DNA of 63,983 nucleotides, filler included, from Circinaria calcarea (taxonomy: Eukaryota): assembly GCA_051942165.1 (NCBI GenBank). It is 5 parts of 5 records of this genome, joined end to end, with 100 filler letters (N's around TTAATTAATTAA, not from the genome) between each part and the next. Parts side by side here need not be neighbours in the genome. Positions count along the whole stretch, not along the records: positions 51,389 to 63,983 come from JAVECS010000557.1; 4 more parts are not named here. The stretch is one strand, 5' to 3'. Position numbers and translations under genes: made by a program. The notes under the pieces are model-generated. The model saw nothing but the letters and a program-made list of their open reading frames with translations, had not been told where the DNA came from and searched no databases. Shown here piece after piece: positions 53,186 to 63,983 of this stretch. The stretch's first letter is position 1. The number at the start of each line of letters is the position of its first letter.

Positions 53186-53291
53186 CATGACTGCCCACCT
53201 TTGAGTCCGGTAGAATATAATGACCTGGACTTCCTTGACATGACTGCCCGCATTTGAATCCTGTCGAATATAATGACCCTGACTTCCTTGA
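53186..53291. repeat. 53-bp tandem duplication upstream of array copy 1
   Basis: CATGACTGCCC...GAATATAATGACC..GACTTCCTTGA at 53186 and 53239. Confidence 0.85.
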
Positions 53292-53360
53292 CTTACTAAA
53301 TACAATCCTGAAGACTGCTCCGCGTTCTCTTGCATATCGTTATTGCCCTCATATGCCAAG

Positions 53361-54626
53361 ATGTACTCACTGCTGTCTATGCTCTATGTTTATTTTGTTG
53401 TGAGAACATGCACCGGCTTTCCACAAGGCAAGACCCATCTATGCTAAGTTTGACTGAATTAATCTAAGATTCTATTTCAGCAGCACCACCTCCAACCTTA
53501 CTGTCAACCTTACCAACCATTACTACCACTGCCATTACTGCCATTAATGACCCTTCCATTATTGGTACTGCCATTCCTGCCATTACTGGTATTACTGGTA
53601 TTACTGCCAGATGTGGTGGTTGCTACGTTGTGGCAGATGTTGTTGCTCTCGTCTTCGGCACTGTTTTCTCGGACAGGGTGGGTCAGGTGATTTTGGGCAT
53701 AACCCCTTTTACAATTGGTCCTACTGGCCCCATCAACATAACGTCTGCACCTACTAGTCCTTCAAGTGTTGCCGACCTATCTTCGATACTGGTTACCTCT
53801 GGACTTACTATGTACGTTTACATGTCAAAGATACGAGACAAGACTAAATTTTGACAGTACTTCACCAACAGCCTATAACGTCATCACGGCGTACTCTATC
53901 ATATCGACAGTTTTAGTGGACGACGCGTGTTCGGTGGTGTCCGGGCTTCCGCAAAAAGTCACCCCCCTGTCCGTTCTTGTACCTTCTAAGACTGCCCAGG
54001 CAGATTTTGCCCTCAGTGCACTACAAGAATTCATCGACATTGTAGATCTGCCTACATGCGGTCCTGGCGGAGTAAACCCTATTAATGCACCAGCATATAC
54101 TGGATCAACCAATACAATACCATACATAACTCTCACAGCGTATGCGACTGTGACAGTAGGTCCGAACAGTTCAATGCCGCAAGTAGGAAGTGTGTCGTCT
54201 AGAGCTACCTTGACTGCTTTGGCGAGTCCCGGTTCCCAGCCACCTGCAATACAGCCACCCTCTTCAAATCTGACTTCTCCAGGTCTCAGTACAGGAGTTA
54301 AGGTCGGAATTGGCATTGCTGTACCGGTGGGAATCATTGCACTGTTTATATTTGCAGTTTACCTTTGGCGTAAAGATCAGCGGCAACGACGCGAAGCTCT
54401 CAGACCAGATGACGTACCAAACGACTTAGAAGATAGATCGAAGTCCTTTGTTCAACAGAAGCCGGAGCTAGATGCAGAGCAGAGAAGATATGAACTAGGA
54501 ACGAATGGGGGAATACACGAGCTAGATAAAGGTGACAGAAAGCACGAGCTAGAAGCGAAAGACCGGAGGCAGGAATTGAAGGGTGAAGACCATTCTCAGG
54601 AACTTGAGGTTCCTACAGAGTCATGA
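53361..54626 (+). CDS. Single-pass cell-surface protein, array copy 1 (intact), 3 exons
   Basis: Signal MYSLLSMLYVYFVVRTCTGFPQ, GC-AG intron 1, CGGCY, TSPTAY...CSVVSGLPQ...PTC, Ser/Thr stalk, TM VGIGIAVPVG..LWRK, tail with QKPELDAEQRRYEL/HEL repeats. Confidence 0.75.
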
Positions 54627-55333
54627 TGATAAGTCTATGACCACGAGACTTAGGCACTGGGGACAGTGCTCCCGTTTCCCAGGGAACAGAATGTCAGCTT
54701 TCCCCTAAACCTTCTAGTACAGAGTACCTTAATCAGGCGGAGCCGCATTTGGGGCCCGTGCGAGAGCTCTCAGTTGATGATGACAGATTATGTAATTAGC
54801 GTTTGACCGAATGCTTGAAGACAACACTCTTATTAAATTGCTAGCAGAATACAGTATCATCGCCCTCTTCAGCTAATCTTGTATGACCTCCTGCGATTAA
54901 AGTATGGTGAACCGACTTAAGGATCATGATCCCTAGGGTGTTCTGCGAGTCGCCTTAGCCTCTCTGCCCGCCGATTCCTGTGCCAGCAACTTCATCCTGC
55001 ATTCTCGTTAACCTATCATACTACTTCTCAGCCTTGCTTGCATTGCATCCTTTCATGCCTATCAATGGAGCTAGTGATGCTTCAACTGTGCCACGATAAG
55101 TCTTTCTTTAGATAACTGGTTTTCCTATGCAGAGTGCAGCTCGTCTGGACCCTATCTGATATCTGCAATGTATGCATGAAGGGCACTGCCTCACTTTGAG
55201 CCTTCCTTTGAAGCTCTCATAACACTACGGCTTCCCACGAATCCTATTCTACTACTGACTTGGTACTCAACTCATTCTCGTAAAGCAGCAGCACTTATTT
55301 GCTCCAAATCTGTATATAATTTTATCAAATAAG

Positions 55334-56397
55334 ATGCATACACATTTATTGTTCGCGACCCTTAGCTTTATGGTGGAGCTATGTAACTGTTTACCACAAA
55401 GCAAGGCTCGATTCTCCACTCAAATTCTGTTCCTAACAACATGTGCGCAGACTCTGCTCTTGGAACTGCACCGAATATTACTCCCATACCCATAGCCATT
55501 GGTGTTAATGGCACTCAGCCTTGCGGTGACTGTTACGCCGTTGTAGGTTTCACTGAGATTACCCCAACAAGTGTTGCAACTGCTTTCTCCTTTGGCCCTA
55601 CAGGTTTGATGTACATCTAGGTCGTATATTCCTTCGTCTTCTCTAGCTGACTTTAACCCAGTACCTCGCCTACCGCCTTTCTTGTGTTCACAGCATTCTC
55701 CGTCACGTCGACAATTTTAGTGGATAGCTCGTGTTTGGTGATATCCGGGCTTCCGCAACAGGTCCCCCCCCTTTCGATTCCGGTACCGCCTTCAAGCGCG
55801 AGAAATCTCGAGTTCTCAATCAGTGCACAACAAATATTTATCAACCGTGTAGGTTTCCCTACATGCTCTAACGTACTGAAACCCATTATTCCTACTCCTG
55901 TCACAAACATCACGCCAAATGCGATAGCCACAGGGCCAGTGACATCTTCACCTCAGATTACCTCGTCACCAGTCATTGATTCTACCTTGCCAATCTCGAG
56001 CGTCCCAGCTAGTGCTAGTCAATCGGCCATATTGCCATCATCTACGGCTTCCACATTCATTACCTCAAGCTCAACAGCTCTGGGGCTCAACAGTGGGACT
56101 AAGATTGGTATCGGCATTGCTGTTCCAGTGGGCACCATTGCACTGTTGATGCTTGGAATATTCCTTTGGCGGAAAGACCGAAGACAACGCTCTGGGACAC
56201 AGTCGGAGAATACCTCGGAGTCATTTATTCGTCAAAAGGCGGAGCTAGATGCAGAACAGAGAAGGTATGAGATGGAAGCAAATGAGAGAAGGCATGAATT
56301 AGAAGACGGATCCGGAAGACACGAGCTAGAAGCTCAACACCGAAGGCAGGAGTTGAAAGCTGAAGATCATTCTCGAGAACTTGATGTGCCTGAATGA
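55334..56397 (+). CDS. Single-pass cell-surface protein, array copy 2 (intact), 3 exons
   Basis: Signal MHTHLLFATLSFMVELCNCLPQ, GC-AG intron 1, CGDCY, TSPTAF...SGLPQ...PTC, TM IGIGIAVPVG..LWRK, QKAELDAEQRRYE tail. Confidence 0.75.
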
Positions 56398-56970
56398 CAA
56401 ACTTCGACAGCCGTGGTCAACGGGATTTGTTCCGTTTCCCAGCCACAGATACAGGTCTCCCCTCTCTCGTTCCTACTGCCTTCAGCAAGTAACCAATAGG
56501 ACTTCTTAGCCGGTACAGGACCAGCCGTCACCAACTCAATCGGATTCTCAACATGCGGAGCACACAGTGCAGTTGTCGTAATTACGTCCGATCTGACATC
56601 ACCAACTGTGGGGAGTAGTACAACAAGCATTGCATTGGCACTACAAGCAGCAAGTTCAATAGCTATCTCTGTGGGGACTTTTGCATTGGTCATGTCTGGA
56701 GCCTTTTGATGACGCAGAAGCTCGAAAAGCACTGTCGCGTTGTCCCTGAACCACTGGTATTGACAGAACATAGCGAAGATACCTAGAATTCATGTGTCTG
56801 GCAGGAGGCTAGGTTAGATGTATAGCGGCGAAGACATTGAATAGAGGTAAACACAAGACTCGAATTGGAAAGGGCTGCGGATGACATGATCTTGGAGGCG
56901 CAAGACACCGGGCAGGAACTGAAGGCTGAGGATCATTCTAGAGAACTTAAGATACCACAAAGATTCTAAA
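56398..56970 (+). pseudogene. Degenerate exon-3 fragment of the same family
   Basis: TSTAVVNGICSV...QVSPLSF...GFSTC...IAISVGTFALVMSGAF, then RQELKAEDHSREL-like sequence, with several stops. Confidence 0.7.
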
Positions 56971-57186
56971 ATCGTTCCAGCATTTCCAGGCAATGCTGCC
57001 AATAGTGTCAACAGTGCAGTATAGACCCCACACCGCAATGAACTGACAGTGTAGGCTGAAAATAGGTCAATCAAGGCAATAAACCAGAATTACTTCTCAG
57101 CCCTATTTCACCTACTTTTCGGCGCCGAGGTCCGGCGCTAAGCCCTGAGCGAAGCCTGATGAGGCTACGCGATTTACTTGGACTGG

Positions 57187-57440
57187 CACGCGGTTGACAA
57201 AATTCTCGGCACACCAAAACTTCTCCCCACCTATTTTTACGCAACACACCGACTTTTCTTTACTACGCCACATATAATTTCTATGCAAAATGCCGAGGAA
57301 ACGTCGAGTCACCTCTCCTATTCTTGGAATCATGAATTCAATCACGAATTTCCTGCACTTACTAAGTAATTGTATGTGGTGTTGTGTAGAATTTAGTTGA
57401 GGCGGAGTTTTGGTGTGCCGAGAATTCTGTCACCCGTGTG
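57187..57440. mobile_element. 254-bp non-autonomous TIR element (MITE) with CAC...GTG termini and a 5-bp TSD
   Basis: About 60-bp imperfect TIRs (32/35 identical terminally; perfect core AATTCTCGGCACACCAAAACT); ACTGG at 57182-57186 and 57441-57445. Confidence 0.85.
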
Positions 57441-57879
57441 ACTGGGCGCGCGCATTATGGTACACTACATGTGATGTACTGTTCAAAGTACTATTTTCGG
57501 GGAATCTATAAGTCTGCCTTAACTCCTCTGAGAGACTTCATTATGGTGGATTCCTATGCTAGCAGATTCATCCTGCATTGTTCAGACATATCACGCTTCC
57601 TGTTTCAGCTTTGCTTGCCATATGCCAGTGTTGCTGTGCTTGTGATGCCCCAGGTTTGCAGCAGTCTCATCAAATTCCATTGGGTTCGGGTGACACTATG
57701 CATTTGGGGTTATTTGAACGTTTTGTTTCGTGTTGAGAGCACTGCCTGCTTTACATCTTCTTAATGCTCCAGTGTCCCTGGCCCCTCTACTTCTTAGTAA
57801 AGCCAAGCTCCTTCAGCAGTTTAGCTTGATTCAACCTCGATCCAAGTAGTCTTACACAGATTGTTGTTAATTAGTCATC

Positions 57880-58677
57880 TATGTTCGCGTTAAGACATGC
57901 CGCCACAGACTATAAGGCTAGCCTCACTTTTGCAACCCAAATTCTGTGTACGATAGCTCAGACTTTGCAGAACTATCACGGACGCAGCCCCCATCTCCTG
58001 GGTCTATGGCTCTGCGTACTGCGGCGATTGTTATGCTGTCATAGACGTTGAGAAAATTGTGGTCGGCAGTGAAGTCAGGACGCAACCGGTAACGATGATT
58101 ACAGGGGAAAGTGACTCAGCTACAGCAACCTCAATCGTCGAAGGCGTCACTCAGTTAACCTTTGGTGCTTCCGGTTTGCTCGGATCCACTACTGGTTTTG
58201 ATCTTGGATTGTCCTTGTATACATATACCTTATTCGGAGTTACTCTGTTCGGCTTTTTATCATTTTAACCTGCATAGAACTAACTATTATTCAGCACATC
58301 GCCTACAGCCTTCCTTCTCATAACAGCATATTCCGTTAATGTAGCGACTGTGGTTAATAGACGTTGCTCAATCGTTCAGGGCTTTCCTTTACAGATTCCT
58401 ACCATATCGCTTTCAGTTCCTCCAGGGCCCGTTCAATCTGATGTTGCAGTCAGTGTAGAACAGGCATTCTTTACGTCTGTGGGACGACCAACGTGCAATT
58501 TCAGAGGTGAATTGCAATGGCTTCTGCCCTCCAACACGGCCCAACTAACACAAGCATAGTTATCGAACCAGTTTCAGCCACAACAAACACCATACCCAAA
58601 AGTACTTCCGTAACAACCACTAACTCACCGTTTCAAACTATCATATCATCATCGTCATCGTCATCATTATCATCATT

Positions 58678-58739
<62 letters not shown>

Positions 58740-59182
58740 TATCATCATCATCATTATCATCATCATCGACTGCTCCCACAATCGTACCATCTGCTTCTTC
58801 GAGTGCAACTACTACAGATTTCAACACAGGCGCCAAAATCGGTGTCGGTGCCGCTGTCTCAGTCGGAACTATAGTTCTAGTTATGCTGGGCATTTATCTC
58901 TGGCGTAGAGATCAAAGGCAAACTCGTATGACCAAGGCATCAAAGCCTCCTGGAATAGTCGGACAGCAAGAGGATACGTCGGATTCATGTGTTCGCCGCA
59001 AAGCTGAACTGGATGCAGAGCAAAGACGTCATGAGATAGAAGCAAACGAGAGGAGGTATGAATTGGAAGGAGAAGGGATGCACGAGCTGGAAGCAGCACA
59101 CAATAGGCAGGAACTGAAAGGCGGGAACCATGCTCAGGAGCTTGACGTACCGAAGTCACATTATAACAGTCCGCGGCATTAG
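57880..59182 (+). pseudogene. Single-pass cell-surface protein, array copy 3 (probably disrupted)
   Basis: CGDCY, TSPTAF, PTC, TM and KAELDAEQRRHE tail are present, but the exon-1 equivalent reads CTA TAA (CCA CAA in copies 1 and 2) and there is a frame change near 58517-58559. Confidence 0.65.
58640..58768. repeat. (TCA)n microsatellite encoding poly-Ser
   Basis: Direct reading. Confidence 0.9.
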
Positions 59183-59826
59183 ATGGTGAATATAGTTTGT
59201 ATTTGATATATATATTCACCTTCAATCTCCCCCATTTGTATCTGAAGAGGGAGATCATCGCTCACTAGACGAGAGGCAGACCGCCCCGAGCCCGATGGAA
59301 GGCGGAGTTGAGGAAGACGGAAAAGAGCAAGATGGTAAGAGGAAAAGTGGAATAGCAGAGGGGGCACTAGATCATAACGATTAGACAGCGGAAGGGCGCG
59401 TCGCGTGGAGAAAGCGCGATGTCTGTTGACATCTCGAGACCAAGTCATCCAAGCTATACTATCTTGTTTAAATCCACGTCGGGCAAAGCTGGCACATTAT
59501 GTTACTAAGCTTATAACACTCGGACTAATAGTTTGCGCGTAGATTCACTGTAGGACTGACATCTTGGACGCATCTTGGTGATCACAATGACTAGTAAGAG
59601 TCCATGTGTAAGTCCTGCATATTGAGATGAGTAAAGTCGTATAATTCCATTCACTTGGTTACTACAACATTAGATCACATTAGAAGCAACCAGAGTAGAC
59701 ACATTCCGCGGTTCAGGCCGAAAAGGGAGCAATTCAGATTGATGTCATTGCAATCATTGCTATCCACCTAATGACACTGGGTTCTCCAAATCGTAGAACT
59801 AGCCTCCCGAAAACCAAGTCTATCCA

Positions 59827-60225
59827 TCAAGCAATCCCCTGTGCCACCGCGGATCTCCCGTCATTCTCAGGAAGTCCCTCCTCATCACCCGGCTCGGTGT
59901 ACTCTCCAACAGGCTTGGCACCACGGGTGCGACCCTTGACGATGTTGCTCTTGTCAATGGCCTCGGCATCGTCTCGCTCTATCCCACTATATTAGCCTAG
60001 TGAATACAAACAACGAAAGAGTAGAGTCGGACCCAATGTCTCGTCGGAGTCAGCGGTCGCGGGATCGATAGGATCGCCTGCCGACTCCTCATCTTTCTGC
60101 ACGGGGATCGGGTCCTGGCCGGGCTGGCTGACGTAGGTGTTTTCCTTGGTGTCGGCGCCGGAGGGGGCGTCGACGGTGTCGTCAACGAACTCGGGAGGCT
60201 TGAATTCAGCGTCGGCGTTGGACAT
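59827..60225 (-). CDS. Small acidic protein with CHZ (histone-chaperone)-like motif, 2 exons
   Basis: IPVQKDE...DPID...DSDETL/ERDDAEAIDKSNIVKGRTRGAKP...EPGDEEGLP. Confidence 0.7.
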
Positions 60226-62006
60226 GGTGTTTTGGAGTGGAGTGTGGAGTTGGATTGTGGTTGAATTTGTGGGAGTTTAGCTTTTTGGATTGGATGGATT
60301 TGGTTTGAGGAGAAACAGGCGGGTGATTTGCGGGGATTCCAATGCCATTTGAATTCACTTTGATCTGTCTCGTTCCGGTGACGACACTTTGCAAATTCAC
60401 CCCGGTGTCACTGACGTCTTGATGTCGTCGTGTCCCGCCGTTCACACGGCGTTAGCGCAGCCCTCCTTGAAGCACGACCCCTTGGTGAATCGACGCCCCT
60501 GGGCTAAGGTATCAGGGTATGTATGACCCCGCGTGGAGAAATCGGCGTTTGAGCTCCCATGTCAAAAGCATGGTCTCAACGTCATAGACTCACATGGGGA
60601 TAAGATCGACACGATCGGTCAATATCAAAATATCCGATGCTTGATATACACAGTAATATGCTAGTGACTCGTGAAAATAACCTACCTGATTTTAGACTAC
60701 CGAGAGGGCTAATGCAAGTTGCCCGAGATCTCACGGCGCTACCAGTAGTCTAGCCGTTGTCGACATGGATTAAGGAGGATTACTGGACGCCAACGACGTC
60801 AAAACTATCCATTGACTTTAAATTCGACAATTGGAATCGCTCAAGCCTTTGACGAAACTTATGGTGAAGGCCGAGATAGTACTAACTTCCGAGCGAGCTT
60901 CCGTGAGACCATTCACGAGGAACAGCCACACCAATTGGATGTCTTGTGGATATGTTTTCTCTGCGGTAGCGCATCAAGTCATGTATTCAATGTGCCATTG
61001 TCTGCACCTTGGGATTTAGTTGAGAGTTCTACATTACACGTTCCCTTATGCACCGTGGTGGATTTCTCCCCCATCAATCCTCTCCTGTGGATTCCGGGTC
61101 GAGGTGCCAATGTCATCTGCCAGGTTCATGGAAAAAGCCGCGGAGGGCTAGTATGGCAGACTCTCTATAAATACCCATGGACTTCCTTCCTGCAGCAAAC
61201 CTGAGTTCCTCTAAAGCTATCTACTATTCATTACTCCTAAGAAGTCTACGAAACCCCCTTCGAAAATTCATTCTTGCGGCCCGTTCGTAGCTTCAAAGGG
61301 CCTGGCCAATTTGAACCTGAGGTTGTTGGATTAGTTATTTGAGTATATTATGTCTATTGGAAGCATTATCATCAACTGAGCTGTTGAGTGGTGCATTTGG
61401 GTGTAGGGGGATTATGGTGGAAGTGCCTTACCAAACTAAATACTAACCAATCTTTACCAATTAGTAAAGTATCCGAAGTATTTTAAGTATCTTCGGGTAC
61501 AAATGGCAGTTTTTGCCGTTTCTGAATTTCATTCCTAGTAAGACAGATTTTAATTCATTTTCAATTTATTCCTATTTATTACGCACGGCATTAGGGCTAG
61601 CTAATTCGCAAGGCATTTTGGCAATGTCAAATTACTTGCTCTCTTGGTATATGTAGCAGCTTACAATACATCGCTGCTTACGCAGTTTGCATTCATGGTA
61701 GGTAAAGGAGTCTATTGCAAAAGATGGCGGGGTCCCTATGAGATGTCTAAGCGAAGCGCCAAGGTTAACGAATTTAAATCAACTTCGCTAAATCCTGCAT
61801 ACCCACTACTCCATCATCATCGACATTAGTTCTTGAACACAGCACTTGCGTCTCATTCTGTAACTCACAGTAACCCGTTTCCAAGTCGTAAGTCATTTGT
61901 CTGCATGAGCTACGACTGTGCTTCCGGATGGTCATTAACAAATCGAACATAGGGCAAGACGCAGTATAAACAGGAGCACTTTACCGAAGTGCCTTATCTG
62001 CTTCTA

Positions 62007-62891
62007 ATGTCTTCTACCGTGAAGATTGAAGTAGCCGTCAAGGTCGAGGCATCCGAGAAAGGTAGTCAATCGCTCCTTACCAGCTTTCCTTCTCAAGATC
62101 TTGACATTGCTTTAGCCTCCTTGAGCCAGGATAATACAACCAATCATAAGAAGAAGCATGTAAAGAAAGCATCGGTTGTGCAGAATGCTGGAGTCCGAAA
62201 GAGGGAAAACAACAGAATCACGCACCCTCCCGAGCACTGGCAGGCTCTCTCTGAATGGCTCGAAAACATGCCGGAACAGCGAGTTTCCAGGCAGCGTGCA
62301 GACTTGAAAAAGCACCTCGAAGCTAAAGCGATCGTATTCTTGCAGCGGACTCCACCTTCTCCTCGTGGAGCACGCTGCCATGCATCGGTCTGTGTTTGTG
62401 GTGAAGTCGCTGGACATCAACAGATCTTCTCAAACTTTCGGATCAGCATTGAGAGCTGGCCGCGCCTCGGTAAGAGTCCGCTCTTTCCGCCTGTCACAAA
62501 CTAACAATCACCTTTATCTTCAGACCTCATAGGACGCTTTCACGTTGAGTGTTTCGAGAACATAATGCCCATCCCCGAACTCATCCCGGAGACATTCTGC
62601 CTTGACACGCGGTCCACATTGTTATCCCATCAGTACACTATGGTACAAGGGCCTTCGTTCCTTTTTGCATGGATGGCAAGGAAAGGCGTCATCACTATCA
62701 GCGAATATGTCAAGCACCGTGAGGTCTATGATGACGTTTTCGAGTATTGGACTTGGAGTGGCACAAACAAAGCCTATGAATGTCCTCCTAAGCCTGCTGA
62801 TCCGCAAGAGGCTCTGAGAAATGGGAAGCCCGAGACATGTCTCCTGAGTGACGTTCTGTCATTCATTAAGAATGACGTTCGCAGGGGTTAA
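62007..62891 (+). CDS. Hypothetical protein with a PARP-type zinc-finger-like motif, 2 exons
   Basis: LQRTPPSPRGARCHASVC...FRISIE/GRFHVECFE (C-x4-C...H-x2-C); intron about 62470-62523. Confidence 0.55.
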
Positions 62892-63983
62892 ACTGAGCGA
62901 GACATCAAGTAAACATGCACAGAGTGTTCCAAGCTTATGTGTCAGGAAGACACTACATCATGATCAGGATGGCCAATTTGGCGCTTTCCTTTTTGCTAGA
63001 AGAATGGAAAGGATAGAAATCAGTCCGGTAATAGCTAAAGCATTCTACGACGGACGATCCAAGGAGCATGAAAGGAATGACAATAAGGATGGGCGGTGGA
63101 ACTAAAGCTATATGTAAAAACGCTACCAATGTCTATTCAACTCTCCGGAGACAATGCTAACTCCTCACGTACTGCAGACAGACACTCAATTGGTGGTCAC
63201 ATTTGCACGGCTGCTATAAAAAGATTTTCATCAACAGAAGAAAGGCCATGGCAACCGTAGTCTGGGATGCAGAAGCTTCGATGGAGAGGAACATACCTCG
63301 CTTCTGTCCCTCAATCTGCTCGGTTCTCAAGTCTTCAACAGCGCAGAACCTCTAGAATTTCGCTGTTAATGATAACATCGCTTAGACAGATGGCTACGCG
63401 CAGGTTCTGACTATTCATGCTTTTGTCAAGGCCAACCTTTCTACGCTCTCCACCCCTCTTCCCGCCAATCTTCATTATTAGTTACTCAACCCGGGCATCT
63501 CCTCCCAGTACTTCAGTACCCACACACCACCACCACCCCATTCAGTCTACTGCACCATCGAACCTTTCCCCTTCTGATTCTCATGCCCCGCATCATCTTC
63601 GATCGATGGAAAATCTTGAAAAATTCCATTCGGCTGGCTCGCTTCCCCACCCAAACCCCACTCACACCTGAACCAAACGAGAATAACATGCGAGAAAGGT
63701 AAAAAGGTAAACGATTCCAACCGTCCATAAGCATATCCAGATGAAATAGCTGTAGCGCGTAGCTATAGGAAATATTGTATGCCCAAATCTGCAAAGGAGA
63801 TAACCCCTCCGGTTAATCTTATTCTTTTTATTTTTTTAAACTCCTATTTTAGTCTCTCGTTCGTCCTTAATTTTCTTCCCATCTCTGTTCCCTATCCCCT
63901 ATCCCTATCCCCTCATATTTATCGTTTTCAGTATCATTCAACAAATACAAGTTGATGCACACGAGTTTGGACCCCGACCGACC

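Noticed and set aside
57150..57180. Hammerhead ribozyme (CTGATGAG)
   Set aside because: No stem II followed by GAAA and no pairing arms.
58633..58893. Poly-Asp minus-strand ORF
   Set aside because: Antisense reading of the (TCA)n poly-Ser tract.

Overview
Eukaryotic, intron-containing DNA from a filamentous ascomycete (Pezizomycotina). It is not one locus. Five contigs of about 12.7 kb, apparently sorted by size, are joined by artificial 100-nt N44-TTAATTAATTAA-N44 linkers (12761-12860, 25613-25712, 38455-38554, 51289-51388), so synteny cannot be read across them. Contig 1: a frameshifted ankyrin gene, then a tailoring block of a PKS-NRPS-type gene cluster (P450, trans-enoyl reductase, CcsF/PyiF-type Diels-Alderase, a small lipocalin/PydY-like protein, MFS pump) with the backbone synthase missing. 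Contig 2: glucose-6-phosphate dehydrogenase, a sucrose/alpha-glucoside transporter, and a large RIP-disrupted Crinkler-like NTPase + nuclease pseudogene flanked by minisatellites. Contigs 3-4: mostly housekeeping or conserved hypothetical genes (14-3-3-like, Myb-like, emp24, GDSL esterase, isocitrate lyase, alpha-COP). Contig 5: a tandem array of single-pass Cys/Ser-Thr surface proteins in different stages of decay, interrupted by a 254-bp MITE with CAC termini and a 5-bp target-site duplication. All calls come from manual reading and motif recognition; no searches were run and exon boundaries are approximate.
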